In this document: piece after piece, positions 13,406 through 27,910 of the stretch
Position numbering within the stretch: the stretch's first letter is position 1
Layout of the letters: each line of letters begins with the position of its first letter
From: Octopus vulgaris
Lineage: Eukaryota
Direction: 5' to 3'
DNA: 64,000 bases
NCBI GenBank assembly: GCA_951406725.2
Contig: OX597833.1
Span: forward strand, 59,024,001 to 59,088,000
Notes under the pieces: model-generated
Databases searched by the model: none
What the model saw: only the letters and a program-made list of their open reading frames with translations
What the model was told of the DNA's origin: nothing
Position numbers and translations under genes: made by a program

Positions 13406-14641
13406 TGTTTATTAGTATTAAATCGTACCTTCTCACACGTTCGGCTTTGACTTGTCTTTCCTGCTTAAATTGTTCTTTGATTGCTGCCTTGTCTCCTGCC
13501 TTATTTGGCTGGTATTTTTCTTTGCTTTCCTTGCCTTGTTCTTGCTAAGTTCCTCCAAGATCGATATTTCTCCTCTCAACAGTTTTGTTTATATTTTATT
13601 CATGTTCTACTATTTCTTTCCATTTAGGTTTCTAAAACCGACAGATCTTTCTTTACTCTTTCTCTCTCTCTCTCTCTTTCATTCTTTCTCTCTCCCTCCC
13701 TCTCTCTCTCCCTCCCTCCCTCTCTCTCTCATCAACCATTTTGACTCAATTACTTTGGCTGAAGCAGAGATCTGTTGATTAAGTTCAGGCAAATTAGGCT
13801 TAATTGTGTCGAGATCTTTGATTGCAATATTTTCCATTCTCATCATTTTCTTATACATTTTTTTGATTGTTATTTTTTTCTTATCGCTAGTTTTCTTTCT
13901 ACTGTGTTTAGAAACTTCACACACAATTTCTTCTTCCTTTTATGCTTTTGATGTCGTTACCATTCTCTTCTACAAACTAAACATTCTTTAATTCGTTTCC
14001 ATTCTCTTCAACTATTTTTTCCATCATCATTTTCGTTTCTTGCATCATTACTCGCGTTTTCATTTTATTATCTTGTTTCCTCCTGTGACAGCTTTTGCTC
14101 AATAACTTCGTTTTCCACTTTTTACTGATTTTTTATCGACTTTCTTCATATCAGGATCATCTTGAACAAGTTTATTTCGGTATCTTAATATCTTTTCATA
14201 CATTTGCTGGCATATTATAGCAAAACATTTACATCATACATTATATCATACATACATTATATCATCCTGGCTTATGTCATACATCTGGAGGGCCACAAGA
14301 AGGGTTTATCTTGTCTTGGAGATCAGTCCCCTTCATTATTCTTGGAAAATGTTGTTCCAATATCGCATTTTCCGTAAAAGACAGATTTCTCTCTCTATCT
14401 CTCTTCCTCTCTCTCTATCTCTCTTCCTCTCTCTCTTTCTCTCTCTCTCTTTTCTTCTCCCCCCCTCTCCTCTCTCACTCCCTCTCTCTCGTAATCACAC
14501 GCACACTCACACACTCACACATACACATTCTCTCTCTCTCTCTTTTTCTCTCGGTCTCGATAATGCGACCCTTAGTTGCCTGCAACTCGGTCGAAGCAGC
14601 CTAAGTTTTATCAGACAGATAGAAAGGTATTAATCATAATA

Positions 14642-15633
14642 AGGCGGTGAGCTGGCAGAAATGTTGGCACGCCGGGCGAAATGCTTAGCGGTATTTCGTC
14701 TGCCGCTACATTCTGAGTTCAAATTCCGCCGAGGTCGACTTTGCTTTTCATCCTTCCGGGTCGATTAAATATGTACCAGTTACGCACTTGGGATCGATAT
14801 AATCGACTTAATCCCTGTCTGTCCTTGTTTGTCCTCTGTGTGTTTAGCCCCTTGTGGGTAGTAAAGAAATAGGTATTTCGTCTGCCGCTACGTTCTGAGT
14901 TCAAATTCCGCCGAGGTCGACTTTGCTTTTCATCCTTCCGGGGTCGATTAAATATGTACCAGTTACGCACTTGGGATCGATATAATCGACTTAATCCGTT
15001 TGTCTGTCCTTGTTTGTCCCCTCTGTGTTTAGCCCCTTGTGGGTAGTAAAGAAATAGGTATTTCGTCTGCCGCTACGTTCTGAGTTCAAATTCCGCCGAG
15101 GTCGACTTTGCCTTTCATCCTTTCGGGGTCGATAAATTAAGTACCAGTTTACGCACTGGGGGGTCGATGTAATCGACTTACTCGACTTAATACTTTTGTC
15201 TGTCCTTGTTTGTCCCCTCTATGTTTAGCCCCTTGTGGGTAGTAAAGAAATAGGTATTTCGTCTGCCGCTACGTTCTGAGTTCAAATTCCGCCGAGGTCG
15301 ACTTTGCCTATCATCCTTTCGGGGTCGATAAATTAAGTACCAGTTACGCACTGGGGTCGATGCAATCGACTTAATCCGTTTGTCTGTCCTTGTTTGTCCC
15401 CTCTGTGTTTAGCCCCTTGTGGGTAGTAAAGAAATAGGTATTTCGTCTGCCGCTACGTTCTGAGTTCAAATTCCGCCGAGGTCGACTTTGCCTTTCATCC
15501 TTTCGGGGTCGATAAATTAAGTACCAGTTTATGCACTGGGGGTCGATGTAATCGACTTACTCGACTTAATAGTTTTTGTCTGTCCTTGTTTGTCCCCTCT
15601 ATGTTTAGCCCCTTGTGGGTAATAAAGAAATAG
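14642..15633 (+). mobile_element. SINE family A pentamer (one head plus 5 tandem bodies of ~182-196 bp) within a single ~17-bp TSD
   Basis: ggtatttcgtctgccgctac at 14690, 14872, 15057, 15253 and 15437. Flanks aggtattaatcataata (14625) and aggtatttatcacaata (15632). Confidence 0.9.
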
Positions 15634-16067
15634 GTATTTATCACAATATATCAGAAGACCAAACGTATCATATTGTGTAAGCAGATTCACATCCTCAGCG
15701 ACAAAGAAACAGAGACAAAGATAGAAAAGGACATTGCATTTAAACTAAATGAAGACAGGCGTTTAATTTGGAAGTCCTAATTCTTAGAACGTTCCTCTCT
15801 CAGTCTGTACGCAAATGGCTCTTGGAGTGGGGTCTACTTAGTGCAGTGATCGTTCCACAATAACTGAATAACAGTCAACACAACAACGTGGTGGAGACAG
15901 TCTCCCGTGACAGGCATCAAAGTAAATTTTTATTCGATATTTAGTCCCAATTAGAAGCAGGATGTATTTCTAAAGATGCCAGTGTTGCGATTGTCATCGT
16001 AAGACGATGTTGCAACTTCAACATCGTCACCATGTTGAGAGGAAGAAGAAATTCAAATCTTATTATA

Positions 16068-16128
<61 letters not shown>

Positions 16129-16172
16129 AATCTTATTCATTTTCTTTTGTGCCTTATAATGTAACACACTCA

Positions 16173-16266
<94 letters not shown>

Positions 16267-16299
16267 TGTATATATGTTTGTGTGTATATGTTTGTGTGT

Positions 16300-16470
16300 A
16301 TGTGTTTGTCCCCTCAACATCGCTTGACAACCGATGCTGGTGTGTTTACGTCCCGTAACTTAGCGGTTCGGCAAAAGAGACCGATAGAATAAGTACTAGG
16401 CTTACAAAGAATAAGTCCTGGGGTCGATTTGCTCGACTAAAGGTGGTGCTCCAGCATAGCCGCAGTAAAA
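16300..16470 (+). mobile_element. SINE family B 3' half
   Basis: tttgtcccctcaacatcgcttgacaaccgatgctggtg...ctccagcatagccgcag. Confidence 0.8.
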
Positions 16471-16889
16471 GTGCAAAAAAGAATATATTCAGTTAAAAAA
16501 AAAAGAACTAAAATCACGCTGAATGTGAGTAATAGAAGGCTTATATTATTTTCGTATATCGTCGAGTAACATATTGCTGGTTATGGCATATCGCTGGTCA
16601 ATAGGTTATCATCGTTTACACGCTTACCATTGCACTTTGGCAATATTGCCGGGTTTTCAGGCAGGCTGGCTGGAAACCTGTCTGACGAATCGTCAAGGTT
16701 GTCAAGTGCAACAGCTGGTGCAAAACCGGCGATAGCATGACCAATCATATGCTAAATCCAGTATCTTTTATCTTTTACATGCTTCAGTCATTGGACTGCA
16801 ACCACGTTGGAGCACCACCTTGAATATATATATATATTTATATATATATATATATAAATGTGTGTGTGTGTGTGTGTGTGTGTGTATGC

Positions 16890-17105
16890 ATTCAAAATGT
16901 GACCGCGTATGTACCGTTGGCGATTTTTTCCTCCGTCTTCCCTTCTTTGGATTTTTCCTTTTCCTATGCTTCTGACGAAGAGCTCCGCTCGAAACGTCAA
17001 ACCCTCCTTCTTCCCTTCCTTCCTGAGCGTCCAATAATACTATATTTGTTCCACGTCCTCGCGTTGTTGTGTTTTCTCTTGGTGCTTTCATGTTTGGATT
17101 AACTG
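16890..17105 (+). mobile_element. Penelope-like element terminal fragment containing a minimal hammerhead
   Basis: CTGACGA-A-GAGC tcc GCTC-GAAAC-GTC at 16972-16998. Its 3' part recurs inverted at 42068-42130. Confidence 0.6.
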
Positions 17106-17134
17106 TATATATACATATGTGTGTGTGTTTGTGC

Positions 17135-17445
17135 GTGGAGGCGCAATGACCCAGTGATTAGAGCAGCGGACTCGCGGTTGTTGGATCGCGGTTTCGTTTC
17201 CCAGACCGGGTGTTGTGAGTGTTTATTGAGCGAAAACAACTAAAGCTCCACGAAACTCCGGCAGGATGTGGTGGGGATCCCTGCTGTACTCTTTCGCCAC
17301 AACTTTCTCTCACTCTTTCTTCTGTTGGTCTGCTCGCTTAGCCAGCGGGGTGGCGTCATTTGAAGGCTAAAACAATGCGAAGCGCATTGTGACCAGCGAT
17401 GTGTAGCAACATCTAAGAGCCTGGTCGGTCACGGGGATCACGGTG
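17135..17445 (+). mobile_element. tRNA-derived SINE family C (tail Y)
   Basis: gtggaggcgcaatg.cccagtg.ttag...ggtttcg.ttcccagacc head. Same tail as 38371-38655. Confidence 0.85.
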
Positions 17446-17591
17446 ATATATATATATATATATATAAGCGCACTGAATAAACCAGCTGGAGGAGATGTCC
17501 CCCTGGGGTTAAATTGCAATATCGTCGTCTCTTAGACGACACATTAAAGCGGCCATGAACAATACAACATACATATATACATATATATACA

Positions 17592-17637
<46 letters not shown>

Positions 17638-17680
17638 AATATATGAAATAGAAAAGATATCGCAGCTATACATGTGTGTG

Positions 17681-17756
<76 letters not shown>

Positions 17757-18249
17757 AGTCTGTGTAGAAATTTGTACATACAAGTATGGACGTAAGTGTG
17801 CGCATGTATATGTAGTTATTGAACCTGTATGCGTATGAATAAATAAACAGAATGAATGGTCTCTATGGAGCAAGGAGTGCAGAAGCTAATAAATGTCAGT
17901 GTGAGATAAAATTCGTATTGAATATCCATTGTTTTTCACTCAGAAGAAGAATATACGAAATCCAATTTCGAATTACACAAACGGACATTCGTGTCGATAA
18001 TAGCTGCTAGGGATTAAAGGAATCGTTTGAAGCAAAACAGTTGTAAACCATAATGGTTAGTGGTAACTATGGTCAATGTTTTTTGAGAAAAGAAAGGACG
18101 GTTCGGCAATAAAACACAGACATATTGTAGTCGTAGGATAGATACGCTTGTTTATAATTTTATCTTGGCCGCCATTTGCATACTTCGTCAATTCGCTTCG
18201 TAAATGCCGTCTTTAGTTTTATTTTTATTTTCTATAATTGTTATCACTT

Positions 18250-18915
18250 CTGACAGAATTGTGAGAACGCAGGGCAAAATGCGTAGCGGCATTTCGTCCG
18301 TCTTTACGTTCTGAGTTCAAATTCCGCTGAGGTCGACTTTGCCTTTTGTGCTTTCGGGGTCGATAAAATAAGTACCTATTTCTTTACTACCCACAAGGGG
18401 CTAAACAACAGAGGGGACAAACAAGGACAGACAAACGGATTAAGTCGATTACATCGACCCCAGTGCGTAACTGGTACTTATTTAACCGACCCTGAAAGGA
18501 TGAAAGGCAAAGTCGACCTCGGCGGAATTTGAACTCAGAACGTAGCGGCAGACGAAATACGACTACGCATTTCGCCTGGCGTGCTAACGTTTCTGCCAGC
18601 TCACCGCCTTTAAGTACCAGTTACGCACTGGAGTCGATGTAGTCGACTTAATCCCTTTGTCTGTCCTTGTTTGTGCCCCTCTGTGTTTAGCCCTTTGTGG
18701 GCAATAAAGAAATAAGAAACGTTGGCACGCCGGGCGAAATGCTTAGCGGTATTTCGTCTGCCGCTACGTTCTGAGTTCAAATTCCGCTGAGGTCGACTTT
18801 GTCTTTCATCCTGTCGGTGTCGATAAATTAAGTACCAGTTGCGTACTGGGGTCGATCTAATCGATTGGCTCCCTCGCCAAAAATGTCGGGCCTTGTTCCT
18901 AGAGTAGAAAAGAAT
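18250..18915. mobile_element. Nested family A SINEs: minus copy (about 18377-18610) inserted in a plus copy, followed by another plus copy
   Basis: taagtacc is duplicated on both sides of the inverted insert (about 18370 and 18611). Confidence 0.85.
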
Positions 18916-19146
18916 AAAGAAAACATTATCAGTATCATTGATGTCGCTTTTATTTTATTTTTTTTAATAAAAATTTATAAATATAATTTTATAATTATAA
19001 TTCTTTTATAATTGTAATTCTTTTATAATTATAATTATTGTATTATTCATTATGATTATTGTTTCACTACAACAATATAAGTGTGGCCTTGAATAAAGAA
19101 AGATATATAGATGTTTGTGTGCGTGTGCGTATGTGTGTGTGATAAC

Positions 19147-19212
<66 letters not shown>

Positions 19213-19239
19213 CATACATACATACATACATATTATATA

Positions 19240-19411
19240 GGCACCGGCGTGGCTGTGTGGAAGAAGCTTGCTTCCCAACCACATGGTTACGGGTTCAGTC
19301 CTACTGCGTGGCACCTTGGGCAAGTGCCTTCTAGTATTGCCTCGAGCCGACCAAAGCCTTGTGCGTGGATTTGGTAGACGGAAACCGAAAGAAGCCCGTC
19401 GTATATATATG

Positions 19412-19488
<77 letters not shown>

Positions 19489-19640
19489 CTGTCTGTCTGT
19501 CTGTGTGTTTATGTTTGTCCCCCAACCATTGCATCACAACTGATGCTTGTGTGTTTACGTCCACGTAACTCGGCTGTTTGGAAGAAGCGGCCGATAGAAT
19601 AAGTACAAGGCTTACAAAACAATAAGTCCGTGCCGTGGAA
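19240..19640 (+). mobile_element. SINE family B
   Basis: ggcaccggcgtggctgtgtgg...ggcaccttgggcaagtg, internal (TG)n, gatagaataagtac. Confidence 0.8.
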
Positions 19641-19959
19641 GCATAGTACCTACATATATATATATGGATTGATAAAAATGGTAAGACAACAAACGAAAGG
19701 ATAGAGACCTCAATATTATGTAGATAGAGGAATTTACAGATATATATTCTCACTCCACCCTATCTTGCTCCCTGTTAATCTAATGAGGCGCCATTCTTAA
19801 AACTTTGCTGTTGTTGTTGTTATATCTCTGATCGCAAAATCTTATCTATTTGGACATTATCAACAGTGATTTTTCTAAAATTAAGCTTCCGGATTTGATC
19901 GCCACAGCAGCAACAACAACAACAGCAACACAAATATTAGTGGCAATGATGGTGAGGAT

Positions 19960-20065
19960 ATGGATGACTATGGTGGTGATGATGATGATGATGATGAGGA
20001 GGAGGAGGAGGAGGAGGAGGATGACGATGATGATGATGATGAGGAGGAGGAGGAGGAGGAGGAGG

Positions 20066-20108
<43 letters not shown>

Positions 20109-20135
20109 GGAGGAGGAGGAGGAGGAGGAGGATAT

Positions 20136-20187
<52 letters not shown>

Positions 20188-20235
20188 ATAGATGATGAGG
20201 ATGATGATGATGATGATGATGAGGAGGAGGATATA

Positions 20236-20278
<43 letters not shown>

Positions 20279-20319
20279 ATGATGATGATGATGATAATAT
20301 AGATGATGATGATGATATA

Positions 20320-20357
<38 letters not shown>

Positions 20358-20395
20358 GGATGATGATTATGATGATGATGATGATGATGATGGAT
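19960..20395. repeat. Compound (GAT)n/(GAG)n microsatellite
   Basis: Direct reading of the sequence. Confidence 0.95.
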
Positions 20396-20592
20396 AATAA
20401 TAAATCTTGTCCAAGGATATATATTTCCATCTCAGTGAATTTCAAAAATGAATCTAAGAAAAAAGATGGTAAGCGGATTTAGTGTTCCGGTTTTTTAGTG
20501 CAGCCAACTGCTACGGAACGAAAACCGGATTCAGGCAAAGGATTTGAGAATGGACACCTGATTCTCACCTAATACGTGTATCACCCCCCCCC

Positions 20593-20623
<31 letters not shown>

Positions 20624-20708
20624 GCCCAAGCCCACATGCATCCAAACCCATACACACAGCACGCGCACACACAAACGTATCACTCATATATATGTGATAC
20701 ATTCAAGC

Positions 20709-20753
<45 letters not shown>

Positions 20754-20910
20754 GGTGCCCCAGCATGGCCACAGCTCGTCAGCTGAAGCTAGATGAAAAA
20801 ATGTATACGTATATATATATATGTATATGTGCGATTCAATTTCTCCATCAGTCTGTCTCTCTCTGTCTCTCTCTCTCTGTCTCTCTGTCTCTCTCTCTCT
20901 CTCCTTCTCC

Positions 20911-20942
<32 letters not shown>

Positions 20943-20945
20943 GTT

Positions 20946-20993
<48 letters not shown>

Positions 20994-23979
20994 TGTGTGT
21001 GTGTCTGTGTGTGTGTGTGTGTGTGTACTTGTGTGTGTGTAGAAATGGATCGAAACCCGTGCCGTGAAAGAAATACAGTTTAATAAACAACATGCTCCTC
21101 TCTTGTGTATTGAATTCTTTTTCATATCCCCTTCTGCTTATTCTAGCGTTATAATATATTTATATGCATACGAACGAGTGCGTGTCTATGTGTGCGTATG
21201 TGTATGTCTATGTATATGTATGTGCATATATGTGTATGTATACACATATGTGTATGCATCTCTACATAAATGTATCAATATTTTTTCCTTGAAATTTTAC
21301 ATGCATTTTTAATTAATGCAATTATTCCATAGGTCTGAATATATAATCTTCCTTCTTGAGCATATGTAATTCCACTCTGTAATTTATATTTTCAAATTTC
21401 CTGTGTAGAAAGCTAACAGAACAACATATGAATACATTTATAATCTATGGCGATTATATGACAATAAGCAGCTTTCGACAATGTGATTGTGTAACAGCAA
21501 CTTTTTACACGCGTACATTGGAAGATATTTACATGCAGATATGTATATGTATGTGCATATGTGTGTGCGTATGTGTATCTTGGTGTATGTCTATGTGAAT
21601 GCATGCTTATGTCGTGTCCGTGTTTTGTGTACATGCCTATACGTTTATAAATGCTAAGAATTTTCACAGACTTGTAACTTTTTTGTGATATAGAGCAACG
21701 TGGAGCAATAATTAACACTTTAAAACATGTAGTTTACGAGTAGCTTACTTGTTCCTAGTTCATTTCGTTTAAGTTCCGTCAAAAGTGTGAGTCCATCTCT
21801 ATTTTCATAGCCTCGTTGTTTACAGACTTTATCTTTGAGTAGAAACAAACGGATGAGTTCCATAATTCTAGATGTTCGTGTTGGTTGGCTACTAAATGAA
21901 GTAGTGAGAAAGTCAAGTGACTCTTGTATGCTAAGACAGTTAATAATCGTGTTTGTTCACAGGAGAACACGGACCGAGAAAGAAATAGAAACGGAAAAAG
22001 AAAAGGAAGTATGTCTTGTACTGAAAATTATTTGTAGAACAAAGTTAAATATTGAAATGATTATGCGTATAAATTTTGTAAAACTGATAAGACTTCAAAG
22101 TTATTAAATGCCTGATTATAAGAATAAAGTATTTGCGCATAGAAATTTGAAGGTAAGGATTATTGCATGAAAAAGGCATTAAGATTAATGTAGAATATAA
22201 ATACAAAGAAATTCGAATGGACTTAACTAAATGAGGCTGTCTCATTTTTATATGTCGCAATAAAGAACGTTTGCAATATCTTCATCTATAGGAGGTTTAA
22301 AGTATTAGGAGGAGATAAGCTCAAATTGGTATTCGCGAGTGAAATTAAATAACCGACATTGTTATAAGAAACATTTTCCAGGACTGGACTTATAATTCCA
22401 CTCTAATAAATTACATCACCTATATATGTTTGGTTAGTGTAGTGACATTATTTCTATTCTGGTTGCGGAACATGTGAGTGTGTTGATTGTATCTAAATTT
22501 GAAAAGATTCGAGGTGAGCCCAATGATTGTTCTGGACAAGTTATTACTTTCTATTATTGGTACAGAATATATATTAATTGCCACTCTGGAGGCTAAAGGG
22601 TAGTTATTATGGTTTATGGAATTGCATTTGTTTGCATTAAAATTGCATAAAGTTGGATTCATCCGATTAAGTCAGAATAAATATTAAGACAGGTGAAAAT
22701 TGAAATCACAATATTTATATAGAATTAACTTTACACCAAATCCTTTCATCCGTAAATGTTATTCATTAACAATCCTAACATCAATACATATGCGTGTGTG
22801 TATATATGTATATATGCATATATGTATGTATATATCTGTCTGTCTGTCCGTGGGAGAGTTTACCATGGTGATGTAGCAGAAAATTAGGCTCAGGAATATA
22901 TTCTAAACAAATTTCACTTCGTTTTCTCATACTCTGCTAATTAATTTTGTAAAGTCAAACATGTCACGATATTTTATTTAAAATAAATATTTACAGTTTA
23001 TATTCTAAAATATTTATTTTAATTATCCAGCATAATTGGCAAGATTTAGCCTCCTTCTATCGATCTAGTCATTGCTGGAAGGTAATTATTTGAAGAATGA
23101 CGTGTCAAACTTCGATTTCTATTAATGGATACTATTAATAATTCTGATTGTCTTTTCTGTAGTTTATAAAAATTGTAAAAGATAATCAAATCAGTAAACA
23201 GCCGTTAGAAATATGTTTGTTCTGATTTATTAAGTTAACACTACAGAGCAGCAAATTAACGAAATCTGTAGAGAAGAGGTATTACTTAACATTTCACCAT
23301 TTTGGTGTCCGGGATTGTCAGACTCAGCACAGGTGACTGACTTAGTTGGCTTATTCCTTCTTCATCAATTTCATTTGCATTTTTCGAATATTCAAGGTTG
23401 TCTCTGTTGCAACGATACTCTTCTTATAAGCCTTCGGTTTGTCTAAATTAGAATTGGAACTAGGAAAGCTTTACATAAATTCTTTGGCAACTTTAATCCA
23501 TCCATTACTTTCGAAGATAGTCATAATATTGCTAATTTCTTGATGTTAACTTAGATTTAAACTCTGCTTTGTATTATCTGCTGCACAAAACGAATGAATA
23601 TCTCAGGTATATTAATATATATTAGATATAGATATATTTAGTGTTGTTTTAGAGTCAAGTTTTGACTGCTATTTCCAGGGTGGTGGTATCTTTTAAATAC
23701 CCTAAATTATAATTTTAAATAATTATTATTTTGAAAGGTTTTTATTCCCATTCTGGCCACCTGATAAGATCGGTATTTAGATATCACAAGATCGGTATTT
23801 AAACATCAACAACAACAACAACAACAACAGATATTGTGTATGTAATTCCAAAACCATTTTAATCTGTAAACATTGTCAAATGTACTTTTAAATTTGCATA
23901 ATAGCAAACACCTTTTACTGACATCTTAACATCACACTATCATCTTATAATCAAATTACTTTAAAAAAAAAAATGTTCT

Positions 23980-24125
23980 AATTTTCTGATGTTTTTGGCA
24001 GACATTCTCTAGAATAATATTCTGTACAAAGCCAAAAATACGGTACCCTAATCATAACACCAACTTGAACTTCTAACTTGTCTCTTGAGGTTTCTGGGTG
24101 AGACTTGGAGTCAACTTGTACAAAT
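23980..24125 (+). mobile_element. 3' UTR fragment of the same R4/Dong-like family
   Basis: acattctctagaa...gtacaaa...caccaac.tgaacttc.aacttg..tctcttgag...tctgggtgagacttggag.caacttgtacaa matches the reverse complement of 24730-24870. Confidence 0.8.
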
Positions 24126-24242
24126 AAATCGTTATTATTATTATTATTATTATTGTTATTGTTGTTGTTGTTGTTGTTGCTGTTGTTATTATTATTAACA
24201 TTTCACGATTGAAGTTACTCGTCACGAAGGTAAAGAAGCAAC

Positions 24243-24555
24243 GTGGAGGCGCAATGGCCCAGTGGTTAGGGCAGCGGACTCGCGGTCGGACGATCGCGGT
24301 TTCGATTCCCAGACCGAGCATTGTGAGTGTTTATTGAGCGAAAACACCTAAAGCTCCACGAGGCTCCGGCAGGGGGTGGTGGTGAACCCTGCTGTACTCT
24401 TTCACCACAACTTTCTCTCGCTCTTTCTTCCTGTTTCTGTTGTACCTGTATTTCAAAGGGCCAGCCTTGTCACACTCCGTGTCACACTGAATCTCCTCGA
24501 GAACTACGTTAAGGGTACACGTGGCTGTGGAGTGCTCAGCCACTTGCACGTTAAT
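24243..24555 (+). mobile_element. SINE family C head with tail X
   Basis: Family C head, then cctgtatttcaaagggccagccttgtcacac...gagtgctcagccacttgcacgttaat, which is shared with 49706-50041. Confidence 0.85.
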
Positions 24556-24609
24556 ATGTCTGTCTTTGTATTGTCTCCGTCATCCTTCGCTCTGGTGGCA
24601 AATAAATGA

Positions 24610-24617
24610 AATTATCA

Positions 24618-24705
<88 letters not shown>

Positions 24706-25390
24706 TCTGTTTGACTTTTGCTTTACGGTTGTACAAGTTGGCTCCAAGTCTCACCCAGAGAGCTCAAGAGACAACAAGTTGGAAGTTCATGTTGGTGTCA
24801 TGTCTAGGGTGCCATATATTTGGTTTTGTACATAGTGTTGTTCTAGAGAATGTTTAAGAAACCATAAGAAAATTATGTTTGGTTTAAAACTTGAGATTAC
24901 ATAGAAAGTGTTTTGCGTAGGATATGAGCAGTTCCCATGAGCACTGTCTTTTGAATTTCTGGCATTTTAGGGGTTCCTGGTATCTGAGAGCTAGGTAGCA
25001 ATCAGCCCCTTTTGCTATCATTCCCAGGGCACCTATGACAACAGGTATTGTTTTAGTCTTCAGGTTCCACATTTTGCTGATTTCTATTTCAAGATCTTAT
25101 ATTTGCTCAGTTTTTTAGGTCTTGACAGATACGTTTATATCGATTTGGACAGTCATATCAATGAGGAGACATGATTACTATCAGCCCCTTTTGCTATCAT
25201 TCCCAGGTATTGTTTTAGTCTTCAGGTTCCACATTTTGCTATTTTCTATTTCAAGATCTTTATATTTGCCCAGTTTTTGGTAGGTCTTGACAGATACGTT
25301 TATATCGATTGGGACAGTCATATCAATGAGGAGGCATGATTTTTGTCTGAAGTCTTTCAATATGATGTCTGGCCTATTCGCATCTATCTT
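24610..25390 (-). mobile_element. 5'-truncated R4/Dong-like element 3' end (RLE, 3' UTR, (AAT)n tail) with internal ~180-bp duplication
   Basis: Minus strand reads KIDANRPDIILKDFRQKSCLLIDMTVPIDINVSVKTYQKLGKYKDLEIENSKMWNLKTKTIP and MWNLKTKTIPVVIGALGMIAKGADCYL. Frameshifted. Ends in (AAT)n at 24610-24705. Confidence 0.88.
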
Positions 25391-25399
25391 GAATGAAGT

Positions 25400-25790
25400 T
25401 CAAACCCTATGTAACCCGAGAATTAATGTCAGACAACCTTTACGATCATGCCACACCAAACTCGTGACCTCCAAACTCACTCGCCTTTGGACTTCTGTGT
25501 TTGGAGCGTCGTTGAAATGAAGACTTATCGACAACCTCACAACACCATAGCTTCGTTGAAGGTTGCCATTGTCCAGTTGATGCCCGAAACGGATGAAGAC
25601 CACTTAATGCAGACATGACAATGATTCCGATCCCCGGTTCTGCATTGAAAAGCAATTAACGATGCTGAAGGCAGATTCATAGAATATTCTTACGAGGAAT
25701 CTTATCAAAAACATGTACACAAATTCTTTTATTTAATTGCATTTGATTTAATTATCAATTATTTCGTCAAATACCACACGCACCCTGTGT
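25400..25790 (+). mobile_element. Decayed Tc1/mariner (DD37D/maT-like) transposase C-terminal remnant
   Basis: Fragments *PPNS / PLDFCVWSVVE / PHNTIASLKVAIV resemble WPPNSPDLNPLDYxVWxxLE...PHNT. Confidence 0.6.
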
Positions 25791-25843
25791 GTGTATGTTT
25801 GTGTGTGTACATATACATACATACTATACATCGATATATACAG

Positions 25844-25919
<76 letters not shown>

Positions 25920-25953
25920 GCACATGCATATATATATATATATATATAAATAT

Positions 25954-26004
<51 letters not shown>

Positions 26005-26653
26005 GACATATATATATTTATACATATATATACACACATATAAATATATACACGTGTATGTATATACATATACATATATATATATATGTGTGTGTGTGTG
26101 TGTTTATGTATATATATATATGTATATATGTATGTATGTATATATTATATATATATATATATACATATATGTATATAAAATAAATAAATATATGTGCGTG
26201 CACGCGCGCGCGTGTGTGTATGTGTGTGTACGTACGTATATGTGTATGTGTCATGGTATCTATTAAAATGGAGCTTTAACAAAGGCAATCAAAACTGAAA
26301 GACATTAAATTAGGAAATATTGAAACACAAATTTCAACAAAGAACAGCGAAACAGAAGAAATCTTTTGTGATTCAATTCAGAAAACCTAGCAGCACATGC
26401 CACCGCATTGTACGCGCTCTGTTCGTGGCTGTCATTGTATTGTGTTAGCGTTCATGGCTGTCACTAAAGCTCTGTCTTATCTGTGACTTTGACTTGTTTG
26501 CTTTGAAAAGGTCTGTTGTTGGTTGGCAGAAGACGGGAGATCGTGATCTGATCACATGAAAGCTATAAATGTATTTGTGTATGGCGGGGAATTACATCCG
26601 CTTGCGTTGTTGTTTATGCATATACGTGTACAGTTATATGTCTGTACGTGTAC

Positions 26654-26711
<58 letters not shown>

Positions 26712-26719
26712 GTATCTAT

Positions 26720-27206
<487 letters not shown>

Positions 27207-27270
27207 TTCATGGATATGCATATACATATATAAACATATGCACTTGTGTTTATATATATATGTATGTATG

Positions 27271-27304
<34 letters not shown>

Positions 27305-27535
27305 TGTATGCATGCATGTATGTGTGAATGTATATATGTGAATGTGTACGTGTGTGTATGTATTTGTGTGTAGGTGTGTGGGTGTGTGCGTGCGTGAGTG
27401 CATGTTTGTCTTTGTGCATGCAGACACGCATGTCTATATTTAGGTAATGATGGTAGAAATAAAAAATATATATATACAAAAAAGGACTATAAAAAAAAAA
27501 CAAAAGGCTGAAATACGATTTTATGCACACTGAAC

Positions 27536-27910
27536 GTGTATGTATGTATGTATGTATGTATGTATGTATGTATGTATGTATGTATGTATGTATGTATGTA
27601 TGCATGCATGTATGTATGTATGTATGTATGTATGCATGCATGTATGTATGCATGTATGCATGCATGTATGTATGCATGTATGTATGTATGTATGTATGTA
27701 TGTATGCATGCATGTATGTATGTATGTATGTATGTATGTATGTATGTATGTATGTATGTATGTATGCATGCATGTATGTATGCATGTATGCATGCATGTA
27801 TGTATGTATGTATGTATGTATGCATGCATGTATGTATGTATGTATGTATGTATGTATGTATGTATGTATGTATGTATGTATGTATGTATGTATGTATGTA
27901 TGTATGTATT
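27536..27910. repeat. (TATG)n/(CATG) microsatellite
   Basis: Direct reading of the sequence. Confidence 0.95.

Noticed and set aside
14642-15633. tRNA gene cluster
   Set aside because: A/B-box-like heads belong to SINEs. No complete cloverleaf was recognised here or in the family C/D heads.
19960-20397. Poly-Asp/Glu acidic ORF resembling a biomineral protein
   Set aside because: Pure (GAT)/(GAG) microsatellite with no signal peptide or unique sequence.
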